From contig OY762463.1 of the NCBI GenBank assembly GCA_963665815.1, positions 1,152,001 through 1,216,000 on the forward strand: 64,000 nt of DNA. Reading direction: 5' to 3'. The notes under the pieces were generated by a model. It searched no databases and was not told where the DNA came from. It saw only the letters and a list, made by a program, of their open reading frames with translations. Source of the stretch: Candidatus Cloacimonadales bacterium. Lineage in GTDB: Bacteria > Cloacimonadota > Cloacimonadia > Cloacimonadales > JAIOQZ01. A program made the position numbers and the translations under genes. Of the stretch, positions 18,897-30,000 are shown in pieces. Position 1 is the first letter of the stretch. Every line of letters starts with the position of its first letter.

Positions 18897-21809
18897 GTGT
18901 CAAAGAAAGCATTCACCAATGAACTTAAACTCAAAATCAGGTTATCATTAATCTACATGACTCTTTTTCTTTCTATTGTTTGGATAATGCATGATTACAT
19001 TCTGTATACACGTAATGTGAGCAGAATGAGAAAATCTTTAATTGGTGATGCGAAACAGGAAGCACTGGAAAAAATTAAAGAAGTAAAAACCTATATTTAC
19101 TATCAGAAAGCCAAAACTGAACAACAGCAAAAAGATCTACTCATCACAAAGATAAATGAAGCTTATTCCATTGCCACAAACTTGTATAACAAGTACAGAA
19201 AATCAAAAAATGATGCTGAGTTGAAAGAACTGATCATAAGCACTCTGGAGTCTATTAGATGGAACGATGGTCAAGGTTATTATTTCGGGATATCCATGAA
19301 GGGAATAAACCAGATTCATCCAAGAGATCCTCGAGGGAAGAATATTTACGAACAGCAGGACACAAAAGGTGATTTTTTTGTAAAGAGAATGATTGAACTG
19401 ATTAGAAGAGAGCGTGAAGGATTCGTTAAATACTATTGGGAAAATAGACCCGGCTCAAATATTCAAGCAGAAAAACTGACATATATTAAGTATTTTGAAC
19501 CTTTTGACTGGTTTTTAGGGGCTGGAATGTATATTGCCCATGAGTCTGAGCAACTTCAACAAGCGGTACTTGATCAATTCGGATATATTGGTGAATTGTA
19601 TGAACAGGAATTTCTGTACCTTTTTGATGGTGATGGACCAGTTATATACTGTGCAGCCTTTCCTGAACTGGTAGGAAAGGATTTCAGAGAAGTAAAAGAT
19701 AATAAGAAACACTACTTTATGACAAGGCTTAAAGAAAATGCAGATTTCAACTCTCAGGAGTTTGTTGAATACAGCTGGATGAATCCCGAGACATCCAGAA
19801 GTTCTGTAAAACTCAGTATTGCCAAGAAATTTGATGACTGGAACTGGTACATTGTCTCCGGCTTCTATATGAATGACATTGAAGAAAAAATAAGTGAACA
19901 ACTGAAGTATATCAAACTCGCATCTCTGATCAAATTGCTTTTGTCTATCATTGTTTTCGTAATTATTGCCTACATTTTTAACAAGATTGCTAATTTGATG
20001 ATTCTGAATACAATCAATGATTTCAAAATATTCTCTGACTTTGTGAAAAACAGTAATGAGGAAGTAAAGAGAATCGATAAAAGTAAAATTCAATACATTG
20101 AATTCGCTGAACTGGCAGATGATGTGAATCTCATGATTCAGAAGCGTGAAGAAGCTGAAAATCAAATTAACAATTATAAAGACGATCTGGAACTGCTGGT
20201 TGATAAACGAACTAAAGAACTTTTGAATCTTAACAACCAACTCAATATTGAGAATCAAGAACGGATTAGAACTGCTAAGGAACTTAAAGCTCAAAAGCAT
20301 CAGTTTGAAACAATTATTCAATCATCTCCATCAATTATTTTTGGTGTATCTCCTTTTGGAGAAATTGAATTCATCAATCCTGCCGGGGAACAAATTACCG
20401 GTTATTCTTCCAGTGAAGTTATAAAAAGAGACTGGTGTAAAGTATTCTTCCCAGATCATAAATTCAGATTTCCGCAGGATTTTCTCACAGAGAATGAATT
20501 TGATTATGATGATCAAGTCACACTGACTACGAAAAACGGTGATAAGAAAAATATCATCTATAATGTCAGAAAATTCTTTGATCATGACAAACAATTAAAA
20601 GAAATCTTCTTTTTTGGTAATGATGTAACTGATATATTAAAGGCAAAAAATGAAATTGCTGCTTCAAAGAAATACATCCAGAATATCATTGATTCCATGC
20701 CATCAGGAATTATCAGTGTAGACTCTGATTGCATTATTACTCTCTGGAATACAGAAATATCCATAAGTTCCGGCATTTCTGCTGAAAATGCTGAAGGTAA
20801 ACCTATTGATGATGTCTTGCCCTGGTTGAAAAATATAAAGAAATCAATAGATAAGGCAATAATGATGCGATCTATTCAGGAAGAATCCAAAGTCCCATAT
20901 TCAAACATGGACTCCATATATTACTTGAATATCACAGTTTATCCTTTGATTTCTGATAACGCGATGGGGGCAGTAATAAGAATTGATGACATAACTAAAA
21001 AAATCAAGATGGAAGAAATAATGATTCAATCGGAAAAAATGCTCTCGATTGGTGGACTTGCAGCCGGGATGGCCCATGAGATAAACAATCCTCTGGCAGG
21101 TATGATACAAAATGCAGATGTACTGCAAAATAGATTATCCTCTGGCTTAAAAAAGAATTTTGCAGTTGCAGATGAGCTGGGAATTGATTTCAATTTGATT
21201 CTGAAATACATGGAAAAAAGAAGCATCTTCAATTTACTTTCCAATATTAAAAATTCCGGACTGATTGCAGCAAAAATTGTTGATAATATGTTGAGTTTCG
21301 CACGGGACAATAAAACAAGAATTAAAAAAGAAAATATTATCGATCTTTTAGATAAAACTATTGACCTTGCGTCTAATGATTATAATATGAGGAAAAAATT
21401 CGATTTCAAGAAAATTGAAATTCATCGTGAATATCAACCCAATCTACCGGTAATTAATTGTGAAAGCTCAAAAATTCAACAAGTAATTCTTAATCTGCTC
21501 AGGAATTCTGCATATGCACTGACGAAAAGCAATATCACAGAAAAAAGAGAACCAAAGATATATATACGGGCATTCACTGAAATGGGATCACTCAGAATAG
21601 AAATTGAAGACAATGGACCCGGTATACCGGAAAAACATCAAAAGCAAATATTTGAACCATTTTTCACGCTGAAATCTGTTGGAGAAGGAACAGGCTTAGG
21701 ATTATCAGTTTCATATTTCATTGTAACTGAAAACCACAAAGGTTCTATGTACGTTGAGTCAAAAATGGACGAGTTTACAAAATTCATAATCATATTACCA
21801 TATGATTAA
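18897..21809 (+). CDS. membrane sensor histidine kinase (tandem Cache domains, 2 PAS, HisKA, HATPase)
   Basis: TM-Cache-Cache-TM layout (GYYF, GFVKYYW, FEPFDW.LGAG); LAAGMAHEINNPL; DNGPGI, FEPFFT, GTGLGL; GTG start behind GAGGAG. Confidence 0.92.
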   Translation: MSKKAFTNELKLKIRLSLIYMTLFLSIVWIMHDYILYTRNVSRMRKSLIGDAKQEALEKIKEVKTYIYYQKAKTEQQQKDLLITKINEAYSIATNLYNKYRKSKNDAELKELIISTLESIRWNDGQGYYFGISMKGINQIHPRDPRGKNIYEQQDTKGDFFVKRMIELIRREREGFVKYYWENRPGSNIQAEKLTYIKYFEPFDWFLGAGMYIAHESEQLQQAVLDQFGYIGELYEQEFLYLFDGDGPVIYCAAFPELVGKDFREVKDNKKHYFMTRLKENADFNSQEFVEYSWMNPETSRSSVKLSIAKKFDDWNWYIVSGFYMNDIEEKISEQLKYIKLASLIKLLLSIIVFVIIAYIFNKIANLMILNTINDFKIFSDFVKNSNEEVKRIDKSKIQYIEFAELADDVNLMIQKREEAENQINNYKDDLELLVDKRTKELLNLNNQLNIENQERIRTAKELKAQKHQFETIIQSSPSIIFGVSPFGEIEFINPAGEQITGYSSSEVIKRDWCKVFFPDHKFRFPQDFLTENEFDYDDQVTLTTKNGDKKNIIYNVRKFFDHDKQLKEIFFFGNDVTDILKAKNEIAASKKYIQNIIDSMPSGIISVDSDCIITLWNTEISISSGISAENAEGKPIDDVLPWLKNIKKSIDKAIMMRSIQEESKVPYSNMDSIYYLNITVYPLISDNAMGAVIRIDDITKKIKMEEIMIQSEKMLSIGGLAAGMAHEINNPLAGMIQNADVLQNRLSSGLKKNFAVADELGIDFNLILKYMEKRSIFNLLSNIKNSGLIAAKIVDNMLSFARDNKTRIKKENIIDLLDKTIDLASNDYNMRKKFDFKKIEIHREYQPNLPVINCESSKIQQVILNLLRNSAYALTKSNITEKREPKIYIRAFTEMGSLRIEIEDNGPGIPEKHQKQIFEPFFTLKSVGEGTGLGLSVSYFIVTENHKGSMYVESKMDEFTKFIIILPYD

Positions 21810-21893
21810 GTTGGTTAACATAAAAAAATAATTCGCTTTTGTTTTTTTTACATTATTATATTATTGATACTTAAATATTATCATGAGGTACAA

Positions 21894-22277
21894 ATGGACA
21901 ATCAAGATGTAAAAATTCTTGTCCTTGATGATGACATTGCTGTCCAGGAAAGTCTGGAGGCATTTCTTGAGGATGAAAACTTCGACGTATTTAAGGCTGG
22001 TTCAGCAGAAGAAGCACTTGAACTGTTAAAAGATACGGCAATAGATATTGCTATTGTAGATATTAGACTCCCCGGGAAAAATGGAGATGAATTCATTTCT
22101 GAAATGCTTGATAGAGGTACTGACACAAAATTTATTATATATACCGGTTCTGTCGGTTACTCTCATCCGAAATCCATATGTAGTTCCTGCAATGTCTATA
22201 AAAAAGTTTTTATCAAACCTCAGATTAACCTTAATGTATTTATTGAAGTGATTCAGCAAATAATGTCTATGGAGTAG
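21894..22277 (+). CDS. stand-alone response regulator receiver
   Basis: ILVLDDD, IVDIRLPG, YTG, KP. Confidence 0.9.
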   Translation: MDNQDVKILVLDDDIAVQESLEAFLEDENFDVFKAGSAEEALELLKDTAIDIAIVDIRLPGKNGDEFISEMLDRGTDTKFIIYTGSVGYSHPKSICSSCNVYKKVFIKPQINLNVFIEVIQQIMSME

Positions 22278-22279
22278 GA

Positions 22280-25144
22280 ATGAACGAACTGGAAAAATGT
22301 AAAATCCTTGTTATTGATGATGAACTGTCTATACGTGAAAGTTTTGTTGCACACCTTGAAGATCTTGATTATGAAATTTATCAGGCCGAGAATGGTCGAG
22401 TTGGTATAGAAAGAATACAGGAACTAAAGCCTGATCTAATTCTTGTCGATTTAAGAATGCCGGAAATTGATGGACATGGTGTTCTACAATGGACAGGAGA
22501 AAATACTCCCGAAACACCTGTCATAGTCATCTCCGGAACAGGTCTCATTACAGACGCTGTAGATGCTCTAAGACTTGGAGCCTGGGATTATCTTCTCAAA
22601 CCGGTTGAGGATCTTAATGTTCTGACTCATGCCGTTAACAGCGTACTTGAAAAAGCAAGATTAATAAAGCAGAATGAAGAGTATAAAGAACACCTGGAAC
22701 AACTTGTTGAAGAGAAAACTAAGGAACTTAGAAAAGTAAATAAAAATCTGGTTAATGTGAATCAACGACTCCAACAGATTGTTGATACGGCAAGTACATT
22801 GTCAGGTATTACAAATATTGAAGACTTCAGAAAAAGATTTCTTGAGGAATTCGGAAGACACATGATAGCATCAGGCGGTAGTCTCTATATTATTCAGAAA
22901 GATGGTCTGAAGCTTGTTCATACACTTGATCCGGGACACGCACCGGAATTTATCAATTTCCCATTAGCTGAACACACATTGTTCAAAAAAGTCCTTGAAG
23001 AAAAAAAACCGGTTCTTGTTGAAGATATTTTTCAGGATAGTGAAGTTGAATCAAGTGGATGGAAAAAATATAAGAATAAGTCCTCATTAGTATTTCCTCT
23101 ACCTGATGAGAATGGAAATATATTTGGTTTACTCGCTCTCCATAACAAAATAAAACCGCCTTTCCTGGAACAAGATAAGGAAATTGGTAGTATCTTAACT
23201 ACTTATGGTTCTGAAACTTTGCGTGCAGTTCATGCGATTGAAGCACTTAAGGAAAGTGAAGAAAAATATCGATTACTTGTTGAGTCGGCTAATCAAATTA
23301 TCCTCGTAATATCACTCAATGGGACAGTTAGATTTATTAATCATTCATCTCAATCCCTTTTCGGAAGGGATCCTGAGTACATTATCAATAAAAATATTTC
23401 AGAACTTTTCAGTTCAAATGTCAGGACAGAAATACAGGAGAGAATAGATACTGCTCTTTGCAATGTTCAGCAGGTATCCAGTATACTTGAAGTACAAGAT
23501 TATAATGATAACAGAAAATGGTTTGATGTAAGAATACAGCCTATAATAAGTCACAAAAATCCTGTTACAAACACAGCTCTTGTAATTATGGCAGATATTA
23601 CAGACAGGATTCTTATTGAAGAAGCTCTTCTCGCAAGCGAAGCAAAATTCAGAGCTATCTTCGAATATTCTCCGATAATGATACAGCTTCTTGATACCAA
23701 TGGAATGTGTCTGCTATGCAATAGAGAATACAAAAATGTTTCAGGTTGGACTGATGAAGAACTGAAAAGTAATGATCCTCTTGAATTTATGATTAAAGAT
23801 AAAAGCACTATCGACTCTGCTCGTGAAGCCCTGCTTTCAACCGATGGCGTATTCAAAGACTATGTAACTAAAACCAACTCCGGTGAAACCAGATATCAAT
23901 CCTGGGCAAGCTTCAGACTTCCGGACGAATCAATACTGTTTGTTGGAAATGATATTACAGAGAAAAGAAAAGCTGAAGAGCAGAACGAGCTTATTCAGCA
24001 GCAGCTTAATCAAGCCCAAAAACTTGAGGCAATAGGCAGACTTGCAGGTGGAGTTGCACATGACTTCAACAATATGCTCTCACCAATCCTTGGATATGGC
24101 GAGTTATTGCTTGATGAGTTTTCAGAGAATAACAAAACAAGGTCTGTCCTTATGGAAATCAGAAAAGCTGCTTTACGCTCAAGAGATCTTACTCAGCAGC
24201 TTCTGGCATTTGGTAGAAAACAAACTCTGGAAATGAAAACTTTCAATCTTAATAAAGCAGTTAAGGATTTCAGAAAACTGATAAGAAGAACTTTGCGTGA
24301 AGATATTGAACTTGAACTTAATCTGTGTGAAAATGAGAACACAATAAAAGCCGATATCGGTCAACTTGATCAGGTATTAATGAATCTAGTGATTAATGCT
24401 CAGGATGCAATGCCTGACGGTGGAAAACTCAGAATTTCTACAAGACTGGAAAAGTTGAAAGAAAATCAATTGGAAAAACTTCAGGATTTAACACCAGGTT
24501 CCTACATGGTTTTAACTGTAGCTGACAGTGGTCTCGGAATTCCAAAAGAATTGATGGACAGAATTTTTGAACCGTTCTTTACAACAAAGGAAGCAGGTAA
24601 AGGTACCGGACTTGGACTCGCTACTGTATACGGAATAATGAAACAGCATGGTGGAGGAATCTCAGTTCAATCTGAGTCAGGAAAAGGAACTGAGTTTGAA
24701 GTTTATTTGCCTTCTGCCGATGCTCCTCCTGAGGATTATAACTATTCTGAGTCAGAGAAAGTCAACTCTGATGGAAAAGAAACCATACTGGTTGCTGAAG
24801 ATCAGGAAGTTGTAAGAAATCTGGTCTGCAATATTCTGAAGAAACAGGGATTTCAAACAATTACTGCTTCTACAGCAGAAGATGTGATAAAAACTGCTGA
24901 AAACTATGAAGGTAAAATACACCTTCTTCTCTCTGATCTTGTAATGCCCGGTATCAATGGTAAACAACTTTATGAAAAACTTAAAGAGAAAAGGGAAAAA
25001 CTTAAAGTCTTATATATGTCAGGTTATACGGGAGATGTAATTGCTCATCACGGTATACTTGATGAAGGTACGGAGTTTATCCAAAAACCTTTTACAATAA
25101 AATCGCTTTCAGCAAAAATAAAGGAAGTGCTTCAGAAAGACTGA
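22280..25144 (+). CDS. cytoplasmic hybrid histidine kinase (REC-GAF-PAS-PAS-HisKA-HATPase-REC)
   Basis: N-terminal REC (DLRMP), GAF-like region, LAGGVAHDFNNML, GKGTGLGLATVYGI, C-terminal REC (SDLVMP, MSGY, QKPF). Confidence 0.93.
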   Translation: MNELEKCKILVIDDELSIRESFVAHLEDLDYEIYQAENGRVGIERIQELKPDLILVDLRMPEIDGHGVLQWTGENTPETPVIVISGTGLITDAVDALRLGAWDYLLKPVEDLNVLTHAVNSVLEKARLIKQNEEYKEHLEQLVEEKTKELRKVNKNLVNVNQRLQQIVDTASTLSGITNIEDFRKRFLEEFGRHMIASGGSLYIIQKDGLKLVHTLDPGHAPEFINFPLAEHTLFKKVLEEKKPVLVEDIFQDSEVESSGWKKYKNKSSLVFPLPDENGNIFGLLALHNKIKPPFLEQDKEIGSILTTYGSETLRAVHAIEALKESEEKYRLLVESANQIILVISLNGTVRFINHSSQSLFGRDPEYIINKNISELFSSNVRTEIQERIDTALCNVQQVSSILEVQDYNDNRKWFDVRIQPIISHKNPVTNTALVIMADITDRILIEEALLASEAKFRAIFEYSPIMIQLLDTNGMCLLCNREYKNVSGWTDEELKSNDPLEFMIKDKSTIDSAREALLSTDGVFKDYVTKTNSGETRYQSWASFRLPDESILFVGNDITEKRKAEEQNELIQQQLNQAQKLEAIGRLAGGVAHDFNNMLSPILGYGELLLDEFSENNKTRSVLMEIRKAALRSRDLTQQLLAFGRKQTLEMKTFNLNKAVKDFRKLIRRTLREDIELELNLCENENTIKADIGQLDQVLMNLVINAQDAMPDGGKLRISTRLEKLKENQLEKLQDLTPGSYMVLTVADSGLGIPKELMDRIFEPFFTTKEAGKGTGLGLATVYGIMKQHGGGISVQSESGKGTEFEVYLPSADAPPEDYNYSESEKVNSDGKETILVAEDQEVVRNLVCNILKKQGFQTITASTAEDVIKTAENYEGKIHLLLSDLVMPGINGKQLYEKLKEKREKLKVLYMSGYTGDVIAHHGILDEGTEFIQKPFTIKSLSAKIKEVLQKD

Positions 25145-25148
25145 TATC

Positions 25149-25937
25149 TTAACTGACAACAAAATCAAATACAAGAAGGCTGTTTACAGATCCAATCTGT
25201 ACTTCATTACTGCCTTTATGTAACACTGTTTTCCTCTCCGCTCTTCTGCTTCCGCCAATCTGTATATTATTCACATATGTTCCAAGAGTTGAACCTCTGT
25301 CGTAAAATACAAGTTCACCTTTGAATAAGAGTACGGAAAAATGAGACCTTGAAACGGTAAATGGAGGATTATCATAAAGCATGAGGTTGTTTGAGTGAAA
25401 CATGTCATCAGATCTTCTTCTGGAAAATCTTCCACAATATAACGGATACTCACTGATTTCTATCTTAGACTTGCCGTTCAAAGCTTCAATAGCATAGTCA
25501 GTCTTAGGAACAATAGTAAGTTCAGGTGAATTATCATCAGAAGTCTTGTTTATAATTGAAGCTTTGTCAGCGTTTTCAAGTAGTAGCATATTGTAATGTC
25601 TGATTCTTTCTGCCATTGACTGAATAATCGGCTTAATCAGCTCAGCATGCTCAGTATCGTATAGTTCACTGAAAACACGTGGATTTATCAGTTTAAGCTT
25701 AACATCAGTAAAAGCTTTTGCAGTATATGTTCTGGCTTCTTCAAGGATAAAACCCATTTCACCAAATACCTGACCTTCTGAAAGATATCCAATTTCGACT
25801 TCTCTGTTTTGCTCATCTCTTTTTATCAATCGGACTTTACCCTCAATGACTAAAAAAATTACATCTGCTACTTCACCTTCACGAATGATTAATTCATTTC
25901 TCCTGTATCGCTTAATTTCCGAATACGAGTATCCCAT
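25149..25937 (-). CDS. cyclic-nucleotide-binding domain + FHA domain protein
   Basis: IIREGE..., GQVFGEMG...RTYTA (cNMP); GR...VSRSH...DRGSTLGTYVN (FHA). Confidence 0.85.
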   Translation of the reverse strand: MGYSYSEIKRYRRNELIIREGEVADVIFLVIEGKVRLIKRDEQNREVEIGYLSEGQVFGEMGFILEEARTYTAKAFTDVKLKLINPRVFSELYDTEHAELIKPIIQSMAERIRHYNMLLLENADKASIINKTSDDNSPELTIVPKTDYAIEALNGKSKIEISEYPLYCGRFSRRRSDDMFHSNNLMLYDNPPFTVSRSHFSVLLFKGELVFYDRGSTLGTYVNNIQIGGSRRAERKTVLHKGSNEVQIGSVNSLLVFDFVVS

Positions 25938-26043
25938 TAATTCTCCAATATATTTTTATTATGAATTATGATTTGCACTATTTACATTTTACTATATCAT
26001 TGTCAAGAAATTCTGACAAAGTAAAACAATGTTTACTTTTTTT

Positions 26044-26559
26044 TTAGCTACCATCTCTGATAAGAAAATTTCTTTTCTGCAAAAATTTCTCCAGCATTAT
26101 TGAAAAAACAATTATCAGTGGTAATGATAAAAGCAATCTGATAAGCGAAAACTTAAGCCCAAGACTTGATATCTCAAATACTGTCATCGGTATTCGAAAT
26201 ATTGCCGCAGCATTAATGTATGTAAAAATAACACTTAATCTGGCGTTCTTTTTGTAAAGAGAATATGCTACAGGAAATGCTACATACAAACCACCTACTG
26301 TGAATCCGGCGAGAAGAACAGCCCAGAAATATCCTGCAAACACTGAGTTTGTTCCCATATGATTCTCTATTGTCTCTTTTTTTACCCAGACTTCCAGAAG
26401 ACCAATTAATACAAATGCACATGGCAATAATATTATAAAATCTTTTGCAAAATCTACGAAATTCTTTCCAATTTCCTGCCCCGGCTCGAATGAAAAAAGA
26501 AATGAACACCCTATAAGAACTAAATATATTACTGAAAATACTATGAATTTCCTGCTCAT
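26044..26559 (-). CDS. predicted permease (DUF318-like), second half
   Basis: Hydrophobic; GGLYVAFPVA.SL.KK.AR motif. Confidence 0.75.
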   Translation of the reverse strand: MSRKFIVFSVIYLVLIGCSFLFSFEPGQEIGKNFVDFAKDFIILLPCAFVLIGLLEVWVKKETIENHMGTNSVFAGYFWAVLLAGFTVGGLYVAFPVAYSLYKKNARLSVIFTYINAAAIFRIPMTVFEISSLGLKFSLIRLLLSLPLIIVFSIMLEKFLQKRNFLIRDGS

Positions 26560-27041
26560 ATAAAAAGTTCTCCGAAAATGAAACCGGTGAAAAGTGCTAT
26601 GATTAAAGCAATGAGCAGACTAACAAAATTCCTGAGAACTGATATCTTAATTCCGAAATATTTAATTTCAATTGGTATTGATACGAGTCCAACCATCATT
26701 AATGTTGTTGAAAATGCAGAAAGAACCATGTAGGTAACTCCTTTCTGTAAAAGAAGCCTGCATAAAGGAAATGCAATAAATCCCGGCAATACACTAATAG
26801 AACCGATTGCAGATGCCAACGTGAGAGAAACACCTTTGCTTTCATTGTCCAGAATTGCAAGAATAACCTTCTCCGGTAGTAGATACAACACGATAGAAAC
26901 AAACATCAGCATTACAGCAAATGGCGGAATAATCTTCTGCATCTTCTTTACAGCTATTCTCAGTGCTTTCAGAGTTTTCTTTTTATCAAAACAAAACGAG
27001 ACAAATAAGGCAATTATAGTTACCAGTAGAAGAATCCTCAT
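26556..27041 (-). CDS. predicted permease (DUF318-like), first half
   Basis: GSISVLPGFIAFPL..LL..G and P.E.KYFG motifs. Confidence 0.75.
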   Translation of the reverse strand: MRILLLVTIIALFVSFCFDKKKTLKALRIAVKKMQKIIPPFAVMLMFVSIVLYLLPEKVILAILDNESKGVSLTLASAIGSISVLPGFIAFPLCRLLLQKGVTYMVLSAFSTTLMMVGLVSIPIEIKYFGIKISVLRNFVSLLIALIIALFTGFIFGELFI

Positions 27042-30000
27042 TAATCCTCGGATTCCTCCTGAGTAACCTCATCATTGGTATCTGTAAAATGATGGAAATC
27101 AATGTCTGATGAAGACTTATAGCTGAATAAAATATCCTGCATCTTTTTTAATGAATCATATATTCGATTGAGATATCTGGACTGTTTTGGAGTTTTATCA
27201 TCCAGATCAAACGAGATAAGAAGCATTTCCAGATTTGCCTGAAGAACCATCAAAGGCTGGTTAAGTTCATGATTTGCAGTAACAGCCATTGCCAGAGCGG
27301 AACTCTTTCTTTCAAGTTGTATTATCTTCTCTTCAGAAGCTTTACGGGCATCAATATCAATCAGTATAGCAAGTATAGAATCAATATTGTTAAATCTGTC
27401 CTTGATTGCAGAGCAAGAAAGATTCACCCAGAAATCCCCCTGTCCTTCTCTAATAAACTTTAACTGTAGATGAAACTCAGTTTTCAAACCACTCTTAAGA
27501 TCATCCAGTTCTTGCTGTAAATCTCTACAACTTTCATCCAAACAATGCTCTGTGAATTTAGATCCTATAAGTTTTTTATCTTCTTTATTGAGCATAATAC
27601 CAAGATATTTATTACAGAATTGAACAGTGTTATCTTTATTAAGAATTACAATTCCGGCAACTGCATTGTTAAAGATAGCGGTAAGTTTTTCAACATGCTG
27701 CTTTGCTTCATCATTACGAAGAGCAACCATATGCTCTAATTTCCTGGTTTGTGCCTTAAGAACTTTCGTTTTTATATACAGTATAAGCTGTACAATAAGA
27801 ACTAACAGAACAATGTAGATTAACTTAAACCACCATGTCAACCAGATAGGAGATGCAATCTTAAACACTAACGAGGTTCCATTCTCATTCCAGATACCAT
27901 CACTATTGGATGCTTTTACCTGAAATGAGTATCTTCCGGGTTTAAGATTTGTATACTGAGCATATCTTTGATTAGCATTTACCTTTACCCAGTTTTCGTT
28001 GAAATTCAATAATTTATATGCGTACTGGTTTTTGTCCTGGAAAGTAAAATCCAAGGCAGCAAACTCAATCTTAAGAGATTTTACTGAATGAGGAAATTCG
28101 AATATTTCTTTTGACGGATCTGAAATCGGAACACGCTCTCCGTTAGCATAGAAACCTGTTATCAGTACCTGAGGTTCTCTGTTATCAACCTTAAGTTTAT
28201 TGTGAGCAATAATATTAAATCCATTCTGACCACCAAAGATCAGTTCCTGTTTACTGGTAATACCATAGGCTCCCTGATTGAATTCCTTCCCCTGAAGTCC
28301 CTTTTCCTCATCGAACACAGCAAAACTGTTGTTACTTAAATCATATCTGATTATCCCATTAGTAGAGCTCAGCCATAAGTAATCATCTAACTCCACGATA
28401 CCATAAACAACATCTGTCGGAAGTCCAATATCTTTCAGCCGCGTGAAAGATTTGTTCCTGATGTTAAACTTGTTAAGTCCTCCCCCATTGGTTCCAATCC
28501 AGATACAATCATCTTTATAATAAAGAGTCCATATAAAGTCTTCACTAAGTGATTTCGGATCATCAGGATCATTAGAATATTTCTCAAATTTCGCCAGATT
28601 ATGATTATAACGGATCAATCCACGTTCTGTACCTATCCAGATATCCCGTCTGTCATCCTCAACAATGTCATATACTATTCCCATTTCTTTAATAATTTTA
28701 TTATCTTCATCTGCAAAGTAATAAAACTGATTCGTTTCCGGGTAAAATACTGTTAGCCCTTTGTTTTCCCCTCCAATCCATATCCTGTTCTGAGAATCCT
28801 CATAAATAACCCTTACAACTTTCTCATCGCATTCCGGATAGATTTTTGAACTTCCATCACAAACATGTATTGTCTTTGTTTTTTGATCATAGATGTTTAT
28901 ATTCCCGAACCACTCACCTATCCAGAGACGCTTCTTTGAGTCCTCCAGAAAAGCAACTACAGTATTAGAAGTTATCTTTAAACCTTTTGAGTTTTTCGTA
29001 ATCTTTTTAAAATTACCGGTATCTCTATCCATTATGTTAATACCACCACCATCTGTTCCTATCCAGAGCTTACCATCATATGTTTCTGTCAGTGCATAAA
29101 CACTGTTATTTGAAAGAGAAGTATCATCATAATATAAGTTGTAATAGTGTTGTATAGCCTGATGATCAGGATTAAAGAAACTTAAACCATTTCCATAAGT
29201 TCCAATCCAGATATTTCTGGTGTTATCTTGATACACATAGCTAGTCACATTATGTGCAAGAGAATTTACAATACCGTTTTTATGAGTATAATTAGTTGAT
29301 ATTCCTGTTTCTTCATTAATACATCCGAGCCCGTGTCCCCAAATCGTAAACCAGACATTGTCTTCATCATCAACAAAAACACTCAGGATAATTTCTTTTG
29401 AGATGTCAATTCTTGATTTTCCTTTTCCAAGATATCTGATTTGCTCCAGCTTTTTCTTTTCCTTGTTCATTTTCCATAAACCGGACTCCCAGGTAGAGAT
29501 CCATAAATTCCCCTTGCTGTCATCTGTCATACTGATTACATGAATGCCTTCAGTCACTTCTATTGCATCAATTTCGTTGTTTTCAGGATCGTATTTAATA
29601 ATCTTTTCGTCTTTCCCGTTTATAATAACCATCCAGAGAACATTGTTGCTATCAATATAGTAATTATCTATACTGTCATATTCAAATTCACGGAATTTAC
29701 ATCTTGCCCTGTAGAGATTATCCTTTGTCCTGTCATACATTACGAATACATCATCGACTTTGGAAAGATGAAATGGAAAAGTCGAAACCTGCTTATAAAA
29801 GTCCTTGATTGTTAATTCGAGATCTTCTACAGGTTCTCCTTTAACGTAAAATCTTGTGAAATTCTCCTTATAAGGATCATATCTGTGAACAGCACCTTTT
29901 GTTCTTACCCAGAGTGTATTGTATTTATCTTCAAAAATACAGACAACATAATTACTGTTCAGACTTGTTACATCTCCATTGATCTTGCGGAATACTTTTA

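Noticed and set aside
19515-20321. 268-aa antisense ORF and the many other shadow ORFs in the track
   Set aside because: They lie opposite or out of frame within well-supported genes and show no recognisable motifs.
26044-27041. Split permease as a frameshifted pseudogene
   Set aside because: Both ORFs have their own starts with an ATGA overlap, and two-gene permeases of this type are a common arrangement.
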